Of a DNA stretch of 64,000 bases, positions 1-30,916 are shown one piece after another; the first letter of the stretch is position 1; the number at the start of each line of letters is the position of its first letter. Made by a program: the position numbers and the translations under genes. Below the pieces are notes generated by a model that ran no database searches, was not told the DNA's origin, and was given only the letters and a program-made list of their open reading frames with translations. The DNA is taken from NCBI GenBank assembly GCA_020137815.1, contig CM035350.1:2418001-2482000 (forward strand), in the 5' to 3' direction. The DNA is from Hormiphora californensis (Eukaryota > Animalia > Ctenophora).

Positions 1-191
1 TACAGTGAGGCGGTGCAGCATTTCTTGTTAATTTCTCTCGCATTCTTTTCAGTTTTTCTCACACCCTTCACAATTTGTCATTTCCTTACTTTTCCTCTCT
101 CTTTCTTCATCTCTCCCTCCTTTCTATCTCTCTAAACTATCTCTCCCTCTAATTCGTCTCTCTCCCTCTATCTCTCTGTCTCTCCATCTCA

Positions 192-2311
192 CCGTGGTTG
201 TGGCAGCGTCAAAAGGGAAGCTGATAAAAGCAAGGTAGTATAGAATACAGTTGATGACAGTACTACACATCACCACTCCATGACGCCCAATCTTTGTTGT
301 CAGCCTACCCCAGATGAAACCAGCACTAATCTCACCGATACCTGAATCAAATGGGGGGGGGGGGTTACTAATAATAATCTACATTCTACCCCGGATCTTT
401 GGTGAATTGGTGAAGCCATGACCTCTTGCAGCTCCGTTTGCCACGATCTGTGCATCTGTTAGTGTAGGAGTGACTGTGTCCACTTTACCCAGTGGCGTAG
501 CCAGGGTATGTGGCTCGCCACTGACTTTACCTGTAGCAATTCCTGCTAGAGCGATGTAACTTCTTTTGGCAAAGACTTCTCCAACAATTGTAACGAAAAC
601 AGAGCTCCAGAAGTTCAGAGACACACCTGGACGAGATAAGGAGTTGTAATAGGAGAAGTCAGAACCACAGACACGCAAAAGCTTGTTGTTCACAAAATAC
701 TTCAGAGTTCAGAACTGCCCTTCTCTGATAAACTAACCAGTAAATATGAATGGAATGTAAAGAAGTCCCATTTGCCAGGTCCCACAAAACGAGATGGCAT
801 CTTTAATTGGCTGAAGGACTCCCTCATCTACCTCTACTTGAGGTGCTCTCTGAACACTTCCAGATTCCTCTTCTAGGGCCTGGTGGGGATATCAGTTTTA
901 GCAGAATCATATTTGATATCTTCATTTTATTTTCTATCAAGTATCAAGTAAACAAGTTGGCAGCATAAAAAGAAACACCAATCTTGGTGATGTCATCCCA
1001 TGTTCGTGCGGCTGGTAGTGGAGGGGTGTTTGCGTCACCAAATTGAACTCCCATCCCCCACAGACTCACCTCATCCACTCCCCCAGGTGGGGAAGGTCGG
1101 AGGAAAAGGAAGGCCAGCATACCAAGGGTACAAAGAGTCCCTAGTACCATGTATATCACATGTCTCTCCTTGCTAGTGATTGCCTCGGAGTCACCCAGAT
1201 AGAAAAACAGGAAGACATTCCCAAGCAACATGCTGGTATTGAACCACGACCAGAATATTCCTGTGTGTTTAGCTTTCGTTTCTCCGGGGGAGTTCCGGGC
1301 GATTATTTCTCCATTTGCGGTCCACATGACCCCGCCCCCGCATCCCAGAAGAGCGGAGAGGACGAACACAGAGGAAATATAGGGTTCGTACATGGCAAAG
1401 ATAAATCCAATGTATGGTAGGCTGGACAGTACCAGAGCCCATTTGCTTCCTGGGGCAGAGGGAAAGTATATAATTGTTAGCTGAGTCCGATATACCTCAC
1501 TTTGGCTTGTAAAGATGAACGTGTAATATGTCTGATTAGACATGAATGAGTGTAAAATGAACTGCTGTGAAAATACCGACAGCTGGTCGGGTGGTTATAA
1601 ATATTGAATTTATTCCCGCTCAGTTGCTGCTGCTATTTTCCAGTACATATGCTATGATTAAATCTGTAAACCGCCAAAGGGTCACATATGCCACATGTGG
1701 CACATATAGTTTCAGTATTCAGAGTTTCATTGTGAAACATGTAAATCGAGTTGGAAACGTGTGAATCCCTCAAATATTGATGGGATGTGTTGGAAAAGGG
1801 CTTTTCACATTATATGCGAAATTCCATTACAAGTGCAACGTGCTAGAATTTATTAGATTTCCTTTTTGTTCCCATATATTCTCTCTCTGAACTCCTCTCT
1901 CTCTGAATTCCTCCCTTCTTTGACCCTAATTTTCTCCTAAACCCCGGCCCCCTACCTTACTAGCTTCTTGACAATGGCGGGAGAAAACCAGTTAGCAACT
2001 CCAAGGAACACATAGATTATCGCAAGACTGTAAAACGCTGCAGAAGAATTATTAGGAGGAGGATAAATCATTCATTCTCGATCACACCTATCGTTATCAG
2101 TGATATTATGGGGAGCATAGTAATCCAATACAAATAAGGACATGAGAATTTAGAATAAACCTGTCTTTTTGGTGATCCCGTGCTTCCCCTGCATGTCCTT
2201 GAACACGATGGACTCAATAAAGGAAGCTGTTATGAAGGCAGAGAACACCAACATAAATCCAATCCCCATCACATTGATGTTGTAGAGTCGCTGCCATGAT
2301 CGGCTAACCAT
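192..2311 (-). CDS. MFSD11: UNC-93-like MFS transporter (MFSD11), multi-exon; 3' end probably beyond the left edge
   Basis: ATG at 2311 gives MVSRSWQRLYNINVMGIGFMLVFSAF. Approximate exons 2161-2311, 1961-2037 (FYSLAIIY..ANWFSPAIV), 1071-1449 (SALLGCGGGVMWTANG..GIFWSWF..LLGNVF), 729-879, 530-626, 192-342, with GT-AG boundaries. One junction is out of phase by 1 nt, probably an indel. Confidence 0.85.
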
Positions 2312-2551
2312 TGTCCTACAACTTAATAAGTTGTGGTGTCACATTTTAAAATTCTAATCAGATACAACATTGTTGCAAAGTAAGCCACTCCCGACTCCGT
2401 CTACAAGCAATTATTTCAACTGCCGAGACCGGGGCAATTTAAAACCATGTGCTGCCCGTCTCTCACCTAGTAAAGCTATTATAATGACGTCAACCTATCT
2501 CCAGCAGAAATCTACTCGTTCGAATAAATATAATTGTACAAGCTTGATTTA

Positions 2552-2660
2552 GGTAGTAGAGCAAAACTCTCTGAGTATTTTCCCATTTCAGTTTTCCCGC
2601 TCTCAAAAGAAAAGATTTATTGGGCAAATTCTCTCGCTGAGAGAGTTATGCTCTACTACC
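2552..2660. mobile_element. Short MITE/foldback
   Basis: Terminal inverted repeats ggtagtagagcaaaactctc / gagagttatgctctactacc. Confidence 0.55.
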
Positions 2661-2989
2661 ACTACTACATCTAGCTTGTGCAATTCTGTTTTAGTCCGCT
2701 CTATATCCTGTTGGTCAAATATAAAATAAAAACACAGCAGAAAGCTAGTAATATTAGCTTCCAGATGGTATAAAAATGATTTAAATGTATTCGTATGTTT
2801 TTATTCAAAATTCTGGTAGATAAGACCACCGGGGCAATTGCCAATTTGGTTAACACCACATGTGGGCCAGTCAAAGAACAGCTAGGTTTTGGGGAAATTT
2901 GTGAATGTACCGGGATTAATGTCACGTGGTATTATAGCTGCGATGCGATTGGCACACAGAGTGACACCAGACGAGCTCACACACCAGAG

Positions 2990-3075
2990 AGCTCTCTAGT
3001 GGACATAACAAACAACAGAGGACCCTAAATGAAGCCTTGCGGAACTCCAATTTTCACCTTCCACGGTGAAGATGT
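2990..3075 (-). pseudogene. Decayed LINE reverse transcriptase fragment
   Basis: Minus strand reads VKIGVPQGFI*GPLLFVM, i.e. the GVPQGS.LGP motif with a stop. Confidence 0.55.
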
Positions 3076-3520
3076 TGTTGATCTTTTAGAAAGGTACCCA
3101 CTACCCAAGTCGGGTATTTTATGGAAAATCAGTTCGATATTGTTATTCAAATAAAAGTTGTTATTATTGTATTCTCCTAACAATATTCTTTCCGGTGAAC
3201 GAGAGTTCTTATCTTTTGAAGAAGAAAAAAAAAACTGTGATCATCTTAAGATATGTCACATTTTCGAGTTTTTTGGAAATCTGTTGAAATTGGGCACTTT
3301 TATGATCTGGGTGTTTCGAGGCCTGTTTACATGTGTATGCTGCCAAAAAAGGGGCGCCGTTACGATCTGGGTGTTTGGAGGCCTGTTTATACTTTATAGA
3401 TGCACACTGCCAAAAAGTACCCTGCACTAAAACGGCTCTAACCGCCAAACCACTCAACCGTTCTGGTTAATCCAAAGTTTATCTGATAGGAAATGTCAAG
3501 CCCTAACCCCAACCCAAACT

Positions 3521-6040
3521 TCAAATCTTCAAATCTTCAAAATAATTTGACTGGTCATGTCGAGACATCCACATTATAAACAAACGTTTCCGCTCTCTGA
3601 ACTCACTCGGTTTTTCAACTAGAAGTCCGTGCCCCGCCTCAGGCATAGTCCAACAAGGAGTTTCCATGAAACACACGAGTACCCTGGTCGGTGGTCTATC
3701 AGCAAGGCCCTGAGGTACCCTCCCAGTAAACCTTGAGTTCATCGATATTCCCGGCGTCCTTGACACATTTAGGAAGAGTGTTCCATAGTTTCGCCCCAAG
3801 AACCGAAAATGAGTTTTCAAACATAGTGGACGCCGACCTTTGTGCCCCATGATTGAATTTTGGGATCACTGCCCGTGCCCCGTAACGAGGGGTGTCCTTG
3901 AAGTCAAAGCCGGGTCCGTTTGGGGCTAGTCCCTTGCAGATTTTGAACATGTGGATCAGGACATAGCGCTCTCTGCGCCTCTGCAGGGACTGTAAATCAA
4001 GGAAAGCAAGTCTCTCCCAGTAGTCCAAGTTTTGACACCCTTGGATACGCCTGGTGAAATTTCGCTGCACCTGCTCCAATTGGGCAATTTCACCAACCGA
4101 TGACGGGTTCCAGACTGCAGAAACAATTCAGGATGGGCGAACAAGTGTTTTGTAAAGAGTCATCATAACCTTAACTGATCTGCATTTGAACGCCCCCAGA
4201 ATCCAGTTTGCAACCCTTGATGCCGATGCAGATACCTTTCGATCTGTGGCTTCCCACGACCCATCCTCTGACAAGGAGAACACCAAGATCCTTTACAACC
4301 GGAGAAGATGTCAAACATACTCCACTAGGGGTCTCATTAGAGAGATAGCCCGCTGTAAAAGGAAGCTCCGCATTAAGTTGTTGGAGCGTGGGGAATAAAA
4401 GCACCAGCTCAAACTTGTCGTCGTGGAGTGTCATGTTGTTTAACACCGACCAATCCACCACGTTACACAGATCCTCCTGTAGATTTGCATGATCTAGGAT
4501 TCCTCTGATAACCTTAATGATCTTCGTATCATCGGCAAAAGTCAAGGCATTCGAAAAACTCAGGGATGATTCAAGGTCAATGACATAGACACAGAAAAGT
4601 ACGGGCCCCAGGAAACTCCCCTGCGGGACACCGCTTAAAAACCTCTTGAAGTTAGAGAAAACCTGGTCAACAGTAACAGTCTGAACACGATCCTGTAAAA
4701 AGTTCTTGATCCACTCCAGCAGTTTACCTGACACACCATATTTCTCCAATTTGGACACTAAGACCCTGTGATCGACCTTGTCAAACGCCTTTTGATAGTC
4801 TAGATAGATCAAATGACCTCATCACCATCACTTACTGCACGCACAAAACCCGGTCGGATGTTTCATGAGCTGGGTCAAACAGCTACGGTTTCTCCTAAAA
4901 CCATGTTGCGATCATTCAAGATACCCAACGTCTCGAAGTGGGTAGTAATGAGCCCTGCACGAATCACTCTCTCAAGCATTTGATGATATTTGACGTCAGC
5001 GATACGGGCATTGTAGTTGCCTACTCGGATCGGGAACCCTTCTTGAAGATTGGAGTGATGAACTGTCGTTTAGACAGCTAGGTCAACACCACCGATTAGA
5101 ATTCCTCCACGACAACGAAAGAACAGAGGGTACGACAAAGCTGATCGGCACCGTGGAGTATGCATGATGGTATATCCCCCGGTGGGCCAGCGAGAAGGGA
5201 TCGAGCAGCTTGAGAAGCTGCCTCGATAGAAATGGAGTGAATTCGATTCAGATCAGATAAAGTTGGTCTGCAAAGGATAACTCCCTACTGCTTTCCACCA
5301 CGACTTGTTGGGATCATGAATGACTGATAAATACTGTTCCTGTAGTAATTCAGCCTTTTCCCCAGGATCCTCTGCCAGCGTCCCATCCGCCCTTTTCAAA
5401 GGAGAATACGTGACTTTGTTTTCTCCTGTCATTTGTGGAAGTCCAGAAAATTTAGGGTTGCTCCTAATAATCTCACAGCACCGCTGTTCCTCCTGGTCCA
5501 TTCGCCTTTGAGATGTACCCTGATTCCAGGGCCACTCTTCGCAACTCGCCTCTCCAACTTTGCAATATGGCCCGGCATAGGAGTTAGAATTTCGCCTTGG
5601 AGATTTTCCGGTTTAACTGTTTCTGCTTCTTCTTTAGTCGTTTCAGCATTGGGTCTTTCCTCGCAATACCACGTCTCTTAGCCTTGGCATATCGAGATAA
5701 TATCTTCAAAACCACATCTGAAATTCGCTGTACAATGTCCGACCCGTCTCCGTCTCTACAGTAGCATCCCGGACACCGTCCCAGTTCCACACCTTGTAGT
5801 TCGGCATTGACTGCCTCGAAGTCAGCAGAATGGATATCAAATCCAGCGAAGCACCTGCATATTCTCGCTGGTCTCCCCCTGGACCGGTCAAGCCCAAATC
5901 CCAGCACACACTGGACAACTGAATGATCAGAGATGTTAAGGTCCTCCACACCAACTGAAGCACAATACTCCTCCCTGTTAGTGAGGATGATATCCAAAGT
6001 ATTCTCCCCTCTCGTAGGTTCATGCACCACTTGAGACTCC
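3521..6040 (-). mobile_element. 5'-truncated, frameshifted CR1/L2-group LINE (APE C-terminus + RT), same family as 29510-33935
   Basis: ORF pieces PTRGENTLDIILTN, YLDYQKAFDKVDH, GVPQGSFLGP, FADDTK, LQSLQRRRERY. 3' microsatellite tail (TTTGAAGA)n at 3521-3543. Many frameshifts. Confidence 0.9.
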
Positions 6041-6625
6041 AGCCCTAACCATAACCCTACTTTAGCGCTAACCCTAAAATCCGTGGGTGATGGCAATTGG
6101 CACTCCAAACACGTTGGCCGTTGAAATTCGGGCGCGATTATAATCTGGGTGCCTTGCAGCGTGTTTACAGGTGCGCGCTACCAAAAGAGTATACTAGACC
6201 ACTTTTTCCAAACGGCTATAGCCATGAACCCACCTTGGCCGATTTGAGTAAACCTTAACGGTATCAGTTAGAGAATCGGATTGCCCTAACCGATAACCCC
6301 AAACCAAAACCCTAACGGATAAGCCCTAACCCGTCGCGCGCGCCAAAACTAACGAATTGTTAGCAATGAAAGGCACCCAGATTTTAACGTTTTCCTTGAA
6401 ATTCCAGAGAAAAAACGGCAGCGTTAAAATCTGGGTTTCTGGTGTGACAAACGCAGTTTTTAGGGTTAGGGCTAAAGTGGGGTTAGGGTTGGGCTGGGGT
6501 TTGGGTTGGGTTAGGCCTTGACATTTCTACCAGATAAACTTTGAATTAGCCAAAACGGTTTGAGTAGTTTGGCGGTTAGAGCCATTTTAGTGAATCAACT
6601 TTTTTGGCAGCGCGCACCTGGAAAC

Positions 6626-6774
6626 GAGGGGCCCTCGGAAATGTTCAAGTCATGCACAATCAAGTCACGCCCACCAATCACAGCTCAGAACGCGCGAAGC
6701 ACTCCGCGCGTTCTGAGCTGTGATTGGTGGGCGTGACTTGATTGTGCATGACTTGAACATTTCCGAGGGGCCTC
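6626..6774. repeat. Near-perfect ~150 bp hairpin (palindromic MITE)
   Basis: ccctcggaaatgttcaagtcatgcacaatcaagtcacgcccaccaatcacagctcagaacgcgcg is followed by its reverse complement after a short loop. Confidence 0.9.
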
Positions 6775-8131
6775 ACAGGCCACCAAACACCCAGATCGTA
6801 ACGGCGCCCGGAAAAAATCTGCAAATTTGTAGCGTGGCGCAAAACCGAGCGCGCGAAATTATTGAAAATCGCGATGCATTGCTCTTTTCATAACGCCGCG
6901 CGGACAGTACAGGATAGGAATCGGAATGTTTTTTAAGGTTTAAAGATTTTTGGGCCAGCGTTAAAATCTGGATGTTTCGTGAGTGCTGACAAACGGTTTT
7001 CTAGGGTTAGGGCTAAAGTAGGGTTATGGTTGGGGTTTGGGTCGGGGTTAGGCCTTGAAATTCCCTACCAGATAAACTTTGATTTAGCCAAAACGGTTGA
7101 GTGGTTAGTCGGTTAGAGCCGTTTTAGTGAATCAACTTTTTTTGGCAGTGCGCACCTGTAAACACTAAACAGGCCACGAAACACCCAGATCGTAACAGCG
7201 CCCAGATTTCTGTGGCCTTTCTCGGAAAACGTTAAATCTGGGTGCCTTCCATTACTATCAATTCATCGATTCTGGCGGTCGAGACGGGTTAGGGCTGTTG
7301 TTAGGGTCGGGTTAGGGTTATCGGTTAGCCGTTAGGGCTATCGATTCTCTATCAGATACCATTTAGTTTACTCAAATCGGCCATGTGGTTGCGTGGCTAT
7401 ACCCGTTTGAAAATAGTCGGCCTTGAAAATAAATGTACTCTTTTTGCTAGTTCGCACCTGTAAACAGGCTTCAAGGCACCCATATTATAATCGCGCCCGG
7501 CCTTCGCTTGCTCGGTGCTCCGGCTCCCTAGCGGCGCTGAAGCGGGCGAACTGCGAAGCCACATAACCTGGGGCCTATTACATGAAGCGTATGTCAATTT
7601 GTGATCTGTTGCTCGCGTGTTTCGGGCGTTGTTAGTGAGACAGGGAATAAACCGTTTAAAAGAGTTTCGTTTTTCGGGAGTGAGACGAAGATCGCAGTGC
7701 GATAGTGGTGCGGTCACGTGTTGCAGTCATCGCACCACGTGATGCTCGTGTTACTCTATCACTTTATGAAATGTACAATGAAATTGGGACAATAAATGCG
7801 TATTTGTATTTGTTCTCAAGCGTGTCGCCTGTTCCCTGTCGTCTCCTTTTTTACGGCTCGCTATTGAAATAGACAGCTAAATCAAGGCTATACTACATCA
7901 TATGCTGGGGCAGGGCAGTTTTACAAAATAGACATTGCTCTTTGGGATCCTGTCAAAGGTGTTTGGTACAATTGATCTATAATTTAGATACCCAAAAACA
8001 CAATGAAATAACGACCCTCTCAATGTTTAGGATGGATCCGTGTCGCAAGTTCTGCAACAAAGTATGACCAGGGAGAGTAAGTCCCCTCTGACAAATCAGA
8101 CTGTTGCTAACCACATCTCTCTGCAGGTGGT

Positions 8132-27208
<19,077 letters not shown>

Positions 27209-27828
27209 CTCCCCCCGCCAGCTCCTCTAAGTTCACTGGAATTAAATCCCCCAACACATGACTCATTCTCTCACAGCGCGGCGGTTTTTTACAGGCTTTT
27301 ACACCGGATTGGAAGGCTAGGGTTATATATAATGAGTTTTTAGCTCTTTTTATGTCATACACTTACAACCACAAAATAAGATTATGTTGCGTACAAAATG
27401 AGTTCCTTTAGATAGATTTGGGACCTATTGTTGAGCTCGGCCTGGTGCCGTTAGAACAGAGTGTTATTTGGAGAGAAACACTGCAAACACAGATCTGGTT
27501 ATGTATTGAGCAGGATTTATTATGTCACAGTCCATTTGTGTGTTTTGATTAGGGATGAGAATGAGAGAGAGTGTAGAAAAGTATGTATAGTGTCAGCATT
27601 TTTAACAGTGTTCAATGATAGTAACACAGACAAGATCAGTTATTAGTTGATATATAATGGAAACAGATATACACAATATTCCCTATTTTACCCCCTTTCA
27701 AGTTGCCACCCTGTAGTTCTGCTATGAATTTGTATCAGCCCCTGTGAAGCTAGGGGTGTAACATGAGAGAGAGGGGACAGGGTATGAGGAGAGAGTGAGA
27801 GATTAGTTATAGTACAGACACCACCAAG

Positions 27829-28060
27829 TAAAGGTCCTCCCAAACTATTATGTCCCTTGCTGCGCGCGACCGGATTTTAGACAGCCATAGCTCCACCCCC
27901 TGATGAGATAGAGACTTGAAATTTGTTTTGTGAGGAGATCCTGTCGAGTTCTTCCTACAAAACAAATTTCAAGTCTTTATCTCATCAGGGAGTGGAGTTA
28001 TGACCGTGGGAAATTTCACAAAACCCGAGTGAGGGACATAGTAGTTTGGGGAGTACTTTA
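27829..28060. mobile_element. Foldback MITE (possibly Kolobok-like)
   Basis: Long imperfect inverted arms (ctcccaaactattatgtccct / agggacatagtagtttgggga). The internal motif aaatttcaagtctctatctcatcagg recurs at ~51826-52172. Confidence 0.6.
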
Positions 28061-28769
28061 GTTGGGTTTAATTCACAGAGTGGGCTTAGTAAGTTGGTAA
28101 ATGTGTACAGCCAAGGAAGCAGCAAATAAAAGGACTGTTTAGCTGTTCTTGCTATATTGCAAGTTGTAATTGAACTTTCTAATATTTAACTTTACATTCA
28201 CATTAAACTTGTTGCAGAAATTACCGTATTTCCATTGTTACACTTTTAATAGGAGGGGCAAATAATATATTGTGAATGTGTGTTCAAATGATTGTTGATG
28301 ATTCTTAATTCCATTTTCAGTAAGTTATTTGCCCCTCCTATCCTCTTGTGGACTCAAGTATTCTCCATACCGACATGCCGTCATTTTATCTCCGGTGTGG
28401 AAAATCGCCAGCAGCTAAATTTTGTCACGCGCAAAGTCTTAGCGCGGCGCGGCTTTTTTGCGGCGCGTATTAGATAATTCGACACGATAAAATTAATTTA
28501 AAAAAAATCCCACTCTGTTTTTTTGAAAACCCCGCTTTGAAAAATGTGTTGGAATGCCGAATGCGCTGCAGCCCCCTCATGCGCTTATATTATATTATAA
28601 GGGGCCTGCAACGTATGCCAAATCTCGAAGAGATCTTTCGAAAACTCAAAGGTCATTTTTTGATTGGAGCTGAAATGAATGAGCTTTGACAATGCACAAG
28701 CCACAAATAGGGTGGTGCACGACTTTTGGCGGGAACTGATCTAAGCGCTCGTACTAAGCTGCAAAATTG

Positions 28770-28990
28770 GTAGAAGGATAAGTGCCTTCAACACCAGAGC
28801 AAAAAGGATAATACCGACTCTCTACAAGACGTTAGTACGCAACAAACTTAAATACTGCTGTCCAATTTTGGATTCTGCAAGAAATCTCAGACATTCACAA
28901 AGATAGTTCAGATGAAGTTCACGAAATGAAACAAAGGCATGAGTGAAGTGTGAACTCAATTTGAATTACTGAAAACGACTAAAGAAACTA
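28770..28990 (+). pseudogene. Decayed LINE RT C-terminal fragment
   Basis: Translates as PTLYKTLVRNKLKYCCPIL; compare LYKSLVRPHLDYCC in the intact ORF2. Confidence 0.6.
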
Positions 28991-29509
28991 GGAAAACGTT
29001 AAAATCTGGGTGTTTTGAGACTTGAGTGTCAGCACTCAGGTAGGGTTAGGGTTAGGGCTCGGGTTCTGTCAGAGCATTGGCCTGGCCCTATTCTCATTTC
29101 GCCCGAGAACTGAGGTCAGAGCTTTGGCCTAACAGCTGGGGTTTGGGCTGGGTTTAGAGCTTAAGATTTCCTATCAAATAAGCTTTGAGTTGAGTGGTTA
29201 GGTAGTTAGAGCCATTTTAGTGGAGGGTACTTTTTTACAGTGCACAGTACTGCATACCTGTAAACAGGCCTTTAAACACTCCAGATCTGCTACAGATGAG
29301 ATGAGGGGCCAATAGAGTGTGCAAAATCACTGCAATGAACGGGTTTATGTAACGGTATCTGACCATTACGGTTTCTTGGCGTGCTAAATGTAGGGCGTGA
29401 GAGTTTCATAGCATATATATTATATATGAAATATTTTCATATTATATATGAAAGTAGTATTTCAAACTTTTCAACACTACTTTAAACAAATTAATTTGAG
29501 GCTCTAGCC

Positions 29510-30916
29510 ATGCCAGATATGACAAATATGGCTACACCTACTGATGACAAAAGTGATGGCAATGCCCTTGCCGTTGGAAATCTTGTAAACGCAGCAGATC
29601 CTCTTACCAAAAAGATCCTGTCTGCCTACCGCCATGATGTGGATTACACCAAGAATCTAGACATCATCCGCACATTCAACTGTGCTCACCTGGAAGCCGC
29701 TGCATCATTTTTCGGTGCATCCCCCGGCTCACATGCAGATAAAACTAAGCGGTACCAGAACCGCACTACACTAGCTGACTACATCATCATTCAGCTGGAA
29801 AGTCATTTTCCTTGTGACTGTGAGGGCTGTGGCGAGGGGTATGCAGTTAAACCAGGTGAATCTCCTCGTGTCCGCTGTTTTCTTTGCCAGCAGGGGTCTC
29901 ATGATTGCGAGGCTATGGATGGCACCCTTGGGTCATTGACGGGGTCGGTCTGGTTGTGTCTGCCGTGCAAGGACAAAAACAACAAAATTGAAACCTTCAT
30001 GTGCAACCGAAGTGCTGAAGATCCAGAATCAGTGTTATCTGATGAGGAATACGAGTTCAAAATCAGTCCAAAGGCAGGCCGTAGCGGTAAGAAGAAGAGG
30101 AAGAAGAAACAAGCTCCTGTCAAGAAAGATCCTGATGATCTGGTAACTCCTGTTGGTGGAGTGACAGTTCTAAAAGATGTGGATCTTGGAGACATATCTT
30201 CTGATGGAGAGGTGAAACCCCAAGGTGTTCCTAAATTCAGCAATGTTTGTGAACGTTATCTACTGAGAGACTGTCCCCATGGCCCAAATGGTGACAAGTT
30301 GATTAGTGGTAAGCCTTGCAGCAAGGAACATCCCCAGAGATGCCTCCGTTATTGTCAGTTCGGAACGGCAACTCGTTCTGGGTGTAACTATGGTGACCAG
30401 TGCCAGGATTTTCACCCACCTCTCTGCCATAAGTCTGAGATCTCCCGAGTCTGTACCGACAAAGAATGTAAAGACACACATTTAAAGAACACTCGGAGAA
30501 GTGAAGTAGCCCCTACCAAGGGTAATTCATTGAAGACTGCTGGTATTAAAACCAGTGGTGTCTCTCAGAAAGTGGAGCAGAAAGAGACCCCTCGCTCAGC
30601 TCCTCCAAACCCAAAGAAGAAGAAGAAGAAGAAGATTAACAAAACTGAGACCGATCCCCGTGCCGCGACCAATGACATCCGTTCACAAGAGGATTTTCTC
30701 ATGGCATTGATGGCCTCAGTGAGGGACGAGATTCTTCGAGAAGTAAAGACGTCACTGAACTCATCTCTACAGTCCTTCAGGGAAGAGATGACGAGGGAAC
30801 ACACACCCCGGCCCAAACATCTGACACTCACACAACCAGGCCTGAACACCCCGACCAACTACCAAGGGGTTCTGGAACGGTTTCGGAATTACTCCTCATC
30901 AACGCCCGCAGTTTAA
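29510..30916 (+). CDS. LINE ORF1: PHD-like finger plus tandem CCCH-type zinc fingers and basic tracts
   Basis: CEGC..CFLC-x4-HDC..WLCLPC, then CERY..C..CSKEH, CLRY..C..CQDFH, CHKS..C..CKDTH; poly-Lys runs. Confidence 0.85.
   Translation: MPDMTNMATPTDDKSDGNALAVGNLVNAADPLTKKILSAYRHDVDYTKNLDIIRTFNCAHLEAAASFFGASPGSHADKTKRYQNRTTLADYIIIQLESHFPCDCEGCGEGYAVKPGESPRVRCFLCQQGSHDCEAMDGTLGSLTGSVWLCLPCKDKNNKIETFMCNRSAEDPESVLSDEEYEFKISPKAGRSGKKKRKKKQAPVKKDPDDLVTPVGGVTVLKDVDLGDISSDGEVKPQGVPKFSNVCERYLLRDCPHGPNGDKLISGKPCSKEHPQRCLRYCQFGTATRSGCNYGDQCQDFHPPLCHKSEISRVCTDKECKDTHLKNTRRSEVAPTKGNSLKTAGIKTSGVSQKVEQKETPRSAPPNPKKKKKKKINKTETDPRAATNDIRSQEDFLMALMASVRDEILREVKTSLNSSLQSFREEMTREHTPRPKHLTLTQPGLNTPTNYQGVLERFRNYSSSTPAV

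Larger units (their letters stand above)
3352..7498. mobile_element. Nested cluster of non-autonomous TIR elements carrying TTAGGG-like tracts
   Basis: Recurring termini gggcgc..tta(c/t)(g/a)atctggg / cccagatcgtaac.gcgccc. Outer foldback 6130-7498, inner copies ~6418-6809 and ~6952-7203, one copy 3352-~6110 split by the LINE. A further partial copy at ~28995-29288. Confidence 0.75.

Noticed and set aside
1951-1965. Out-of-phase MFSD11 splice junction
   Set aside because: One missing G (ctag|gtaagg) fixes it; probable assembly indel.
6280-7340. TTAGGG tracts as a telomere or chromosome fusion site
   Set aside because: Short, degenerate and always at the same position inside a dispersed TIR element.
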